The translations under genes and the position numbers were made by a program. Of a stretch of 64,000 bases of DNA, positions 60,773 through 64,000 are shown piece by piece (position 1 is the first letter of the stretch; every line of letters begins with the position of its first letter). Below the pieces are notes generated by a model that saw only the letters and a list, made by a program, of their open reading frames with translations, was not told the origin of the DNA and made no database searches. Source of the stretch: Candidatus Bathyarchaeia archaeon (GTDB lineage: Archaea; Thermoproteota; CALKCG01; B24); contig JAVZJD010000001.1 in the NCBI GenBank assembly GCA_038870975.1, positions 384,001 through 448,000 of the forward strand, written 5' to 3'.

Positions 60773-60936
60773 GCCAAATAATAGTTTGGCTAAAAACTTC
60801 AATAAGTGTTTTTAACAGAGTTCAAACAATCGTCCACTATATGGAGGAGTCTAATACTGCTAATGTTAACATTTTCATGTAGACTAAACATGGAGAGTTA
60901 GCTTTATATTGGTTTTTACGAATTTAACATCAGCTA

Positions 60937-61581
60937 ATGGATAAAAACTGGGGTTTAAACGTTTTAAATGCTTTAACAGCTTTCTTCGGACCGGTTGAAC
61001 TAATCGAAAGAAGCCCTTTCAAAGTCCTCATAGCAACTATATTATCTCAGCATACTACAGACGTTAAAGCATATGAAGCCTACATCCGTCTGAATGAAAA
61101 GTTCAAAATTACTCCTGAGGCTTTAGCTTCAGCATCGCCTAGAGAAGTAGCAGAAGCCATAAGAATTGCAGGGCTTCAATGGAATAGAGCCAAGAAGATG
61201 ATTGAACTTTCAAAGTTTCTAACGGGAAGACCGGAGTTTTTCAAAGAAATTGGAAGACTAGATGTAGATGAGGCTAGGAGGAGGCTTATGGAACTGCCGG
61301 GTGTAGGAGAGAAGACTGCGGATATTGTACTATTATTCAGCTATGGTAAGCCTACATTTCCAATAGATACGCACATATTTAGAGTTTCAAAGAGGATGGG
61401 TCTTAGAAGCGATAGAAACGGCTATGAGAAGCTTAGGAAGCGCCTCTTAGAGGTCTTTCCTGAAGACCGCTATTTTGAAGCACATATACTTCTGATAAGA
61501 CTTGGCAGAGGATTCTGTAAGCCTAAAAAACCAAAGTGTGGAGAATGCCCAGTAAACACCCTATGCCCTAAAATCGTTTAG
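60937..61581 (+). CDS. nth: Endonuclease III
   Basis: ILSQ, HhH LPGVGEKTA, DTH, CxxxxxxCxxCxxxxxC 4Fe-4S motif. Confidence 0.95.
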   Translation: MDKNWGLNVLNALTAFFGPVELIERSPFKVLIATILSQHTTDVKAYEAYIRLNEKFKITPEALASASPREVAEAIRIAGLQWNRAKKMIELSKFLTGRPEFFKEIGRLDVDEARRRLMELPGVGEKTADIVLLFSYGKPTFPIDTHIFRVSKRMGLRSDRNGYEKLRKRLLEVFPEDRYFEAHILLIRLGRGFCKPKKPKCGECPVNTLCPKIV

Positions 61582-61591
61582 AGTGTTGATT

Positions 61592-63331
61592 TTAGTATTG
61601 TATACGTTGACCACAGTATGGGCAGTATACCGCGCCCCTGGGTAGTCGACCCCCACAGTATGGACAGAAGAGTAACTCAGGCTTTGCAGGCTTGGGTTTA
61701 ATCTTCCGTTTATAGGCTAGTCTAACTACGAGGAAGACTATGAATCCATATGTGATTACGCATAGTATTGGTGCATTTGTAGCAACGGTCGTAGCGCTAT
61801 TTGCATACAATATAGCTCTTGAATAGTAGCCTTTACTATAGGCTTCTACAGCCATAGATATTAGGATTTGAGCTATAAGTTTGAAAGGCTGTAGAAGTAT
61901 ACTCAGATTTTCTACAGCCTTCTTAGCATTTTCAACTATTATAGCGATCTCTTCAATAGCCGAGATACCTGTAAAGCCCCATTTCCTAAATGTTTCAAAA
62001 ACCTCTACGATATTGTCAGCGGCTCGTCCTAGGGCTGTTATTATCGACGAGTCGTCGTTTACGGAACCCATATCTTTGACTATTTTGAAGAAGCGTTTAT
62101 AGTATTCAAACCCCCCATATTTATCGCCAAGTGTCTTGAAGATTTTGTAAGACGCTGCATAGTATGCTATTACATTCGATGGGATTGAGCCCATAGACCA
62201 CGACTGTACAAATCCATACCTATCGCCTACAGCTGTGAGAACACTTTCAATTTCACTTCTATGCGTAGAAACAGCCTCCTGATAACCCAAGATCCAACCT
62301 ATCTCCATGCTGAAGTACTCAGCCATACCTTCATGAACCCAGAGTCTTGAAGGGCCTACACCTGCGTACCAGACCATGTGGTGAGTAAGCTCATGTAGCG
62401 CTATCAATTCTATGGAGCCGCTTATCGTCCTCATGTAGAATATGTTTAAGTGTATGTCTCCAGGTTGTCCTCCAGTGAAGGGAACGTATCCTCCTAAGCC
62501 TGATAGAAGCTCATTCCTACTTGGTAGGAAGAACGTCACGTGTATATCGTCGACATTTACACCGAAGACATCTAGAAAAATCGGTAGACTTCTATTGTAG
62601 AGGTTTAGAATTCTTCTAGCGTACTCTGCATATCTTGATGGCGCGTGGAAGGTGAAAATCCCCAATCTATATTCCTCCTCTTTAAGAGGCGTATTCCTAA
62701 GGGTGAAGTAAACCATGATGCGGCTGTTTGACTCTGTTGAACAGCTTATTAAAACGCGATTTTTTGGGAAACGTGTTATTAGGAGGTTTGACGGCTTTTT
62801 AATCGTAGAGCCTGCTATGATGCTTACGTCTTCTGAATTCACTGTCGAATTGGGTGGAAGTATTATCTCGGCTTTCCCCTCCAGATTTCCATCATATTCT
62901 ATATGAGATGAGTAGAATAGCCCATTAGGCTCGAATATGAAGGTGTAAAGCGGAACATCGTAGGTTATAGTTAGATTTGCGAATTTAGAGGTTGAAGTGA
63001 AACTGAAGGTGAAGTTTTCCCAGAATGGGTCTTTAGACTCGCCTCGAAAAATACTTTTGACGTTTACATTATTTAAAACGGCATCTGAGACAACGTAGCT
63101 CCAGTTCAAATAAGATGGAACTGTTACCCATGATGAGCCATGAGATAAACCACTGTATATCAAGTTGATGGATATGAACGTGTTTCCATTCTCATCTATA
63201 TCATACAGGTATAGTATTTGACCGCGAACGGCTGGAGCCGCTTGAACGCCCTCGGCGTATAGAAAGAAGTTTATGAAGACTGTTAAGATCAGAATAGACA
63301 GTATGAGTTTAGCGTTTAATTTGATTTTCAC
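61592..63331 (-). CDS. Secreted/membrane-anchored gluzincin metallopeptidase with a C-terminal TM segment and zinc ribbon
   Basis: Signal peptide, HELTH...HEGMAEY, TM segment, CPYCG...CPYCG. Confidence 0.8.
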   Translation of the reverse strand: MKIKLNAKLILSILILTVFINFFLYAEGVQAAPAVRGQILYLYDIDENGNTFISINLIYSGLSHGSSWVTVPSYLNWSYVVSDAVLNNVNVKSIFRGESKDPFWENFTFSFTSTSKFANLTITYDVPLYTFIFEPNGLFYSSHIEYDGNLEGKAEIILPPNSTVNSEDVSIIAGSTIKKPSNLLITRFPKNRVLISCSTESNSRIMVYFTLRNTPLKEEEYRLGIFTFHAPSRYAEYARRILNLYNRSLPIFLDVFGVNVDDIHVTFFLPSRNELLSGLGGYVPFTGGQPGDIHLNIFYMRTISGSIELIALHELTHHMVWYAGVGPSRLWVHEGMAEYFSMEIGWILGYQEAVSTHRSEIESVLTAVGDRYGFVQSWSMGSIPSNVIAYYAASYKIFKTLGDKYGGFEYYKRFFKIVKDMGSVNDDSSIITALGRAADNIVEVFETFRKWGFTGISAIEEIAIIVENAKKAVENLSILLQPFKLIAQILISMAVEAYSKGYYSRAILYANSATTVATNAPILCVITYGFIVFLVVRLAYKRKIKPKPAKPELLFCPYCGGRLPRGAVYCPYCGQRIQY

Positions 63332-63486
63332 GTTAAACCCCGACCTGCTTGTCCGTTTATCGCTTTAAAATGCGAAAATCTACATAGATAAACATATCTT
63401 TTCACGGTTTTTAATGGCAAACGTATTTAAATGAAAAGTTTACGCTTTTTTAAATGATTCACACTCATTAAAACTTTTCCTCTATT

Positions 63487-63672
63487 TTAAGTGACCTTAC
63501 TCTCCCATTTACAGTAGCGTAATTCTAAAAGCCCAAGATGAGTTTCACACAACGCGATTTCGCGCGCATGACGAGGGAGGATTAAACGAAATTTGCCACC
63601 ATACCAACATTCTAAGTATAGTCCTGTACGTCTAAGCCATTTACAGTCAAGACAGGACCTCCTACTACTCAT
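63487..63672 (-). CDS. Small Cys-rich hypothetical protein (61 aa)
   Basis: ATG preceded by GAGGTGGGGG SD-like motif; CxxC plus three more Cys and two His. Confidence 0.5.
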   Translation of the reverse strand: MSSRRSCLDCKWLRRTGLYLECWYGGKFRLILPRHAREIALCETHLGLLELRYCKWESKVT

Positions 63673-64000
63673 ACCCCCACCTCTTAACGGAGAATTCCAA
63701 CACTTTTATTCAAAAGGTTGTATTCCGCTAGAAGGCGGATTTGTTATTATCAAAAAATATAAAATTTCCCCTTAAAAAATTTTAACAAATTAACTTAAAA
63801 ATGTATATCGAGGAAAAGACCATAGGAGAACCACGTCATTAAGCGTCATTGCCCTTAGATGTACGCCTAGCGGAGTGAAGCTCATGACCTTACGTTTACT
63901 ATCAGGTTTTTAATATTCTAATGCCCATGTAGAGTAAAAAATACGTACTGAAGCCCTTGGTCTTGATCGAACTCAAGAGTTTCCAGGGAAACGTTTATTT

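Noticed and set aside
1-64000. CRISPR array, rRNA/tRNA genes, IS elements
   Set aside because: No regularly spaced repeats, RNA-gene signatures or transposase ORFs seen by eye; tRNAscan/Infernal would be needed to fully exclude small RNAs

Overview
Gene-dense archaeal chromosome segment, AT-rich, most likely from a TACK lineage (Bathyarchaeia/Brockarchaeota/Thermoproteota-like). The lineage is inferred from gene content: aIF2-alpha/beta, S27e, Nop10, PAC2, NAC, Trm112, pyruvoyl arginine decarboxylase, archaeal-type ThyA and an arcadin-1 homologue. Housekeeping genes (metG, eif2b, rps27e-eif2a-nop10-PAC2, topA, thyA, nth) are interleaved with a large heterotrophic toolkit: GH2, GH4, a GH99-like hydrolase, two FGGY kinases, two TIM-barrel epimerases, two aldolases, esterases, a sulfatase-fold enzyme, peptidases and three copies of an OPT-like (DUF6785/DUF6784-type) membrane protein. 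I found no rRNA, tRNA, CRISPR array or intact transposase. Main observations: (1) a candidate archaeal oligosaccharide-utilisation module (OPT-like transporter + DUF5107-TPR protein + GH4); (2) that module is tandemly duplicated at 1-8.2 kb with reciprocal pseudogenisation, which the ORF track does not show; (3) an NDP-sugar dehydrogenase lacking both the catalytic Cys and the catalytic Glu; (4) an orphan arcadin-1; (5) a sulfatase-fold enzyme with a Thr nucleophile; (6) bacterial-type phosphorylative fucose and tetritol enzymes; (7) several clean operator-like palindromes. All family calls come from motif recognition, not database searches.
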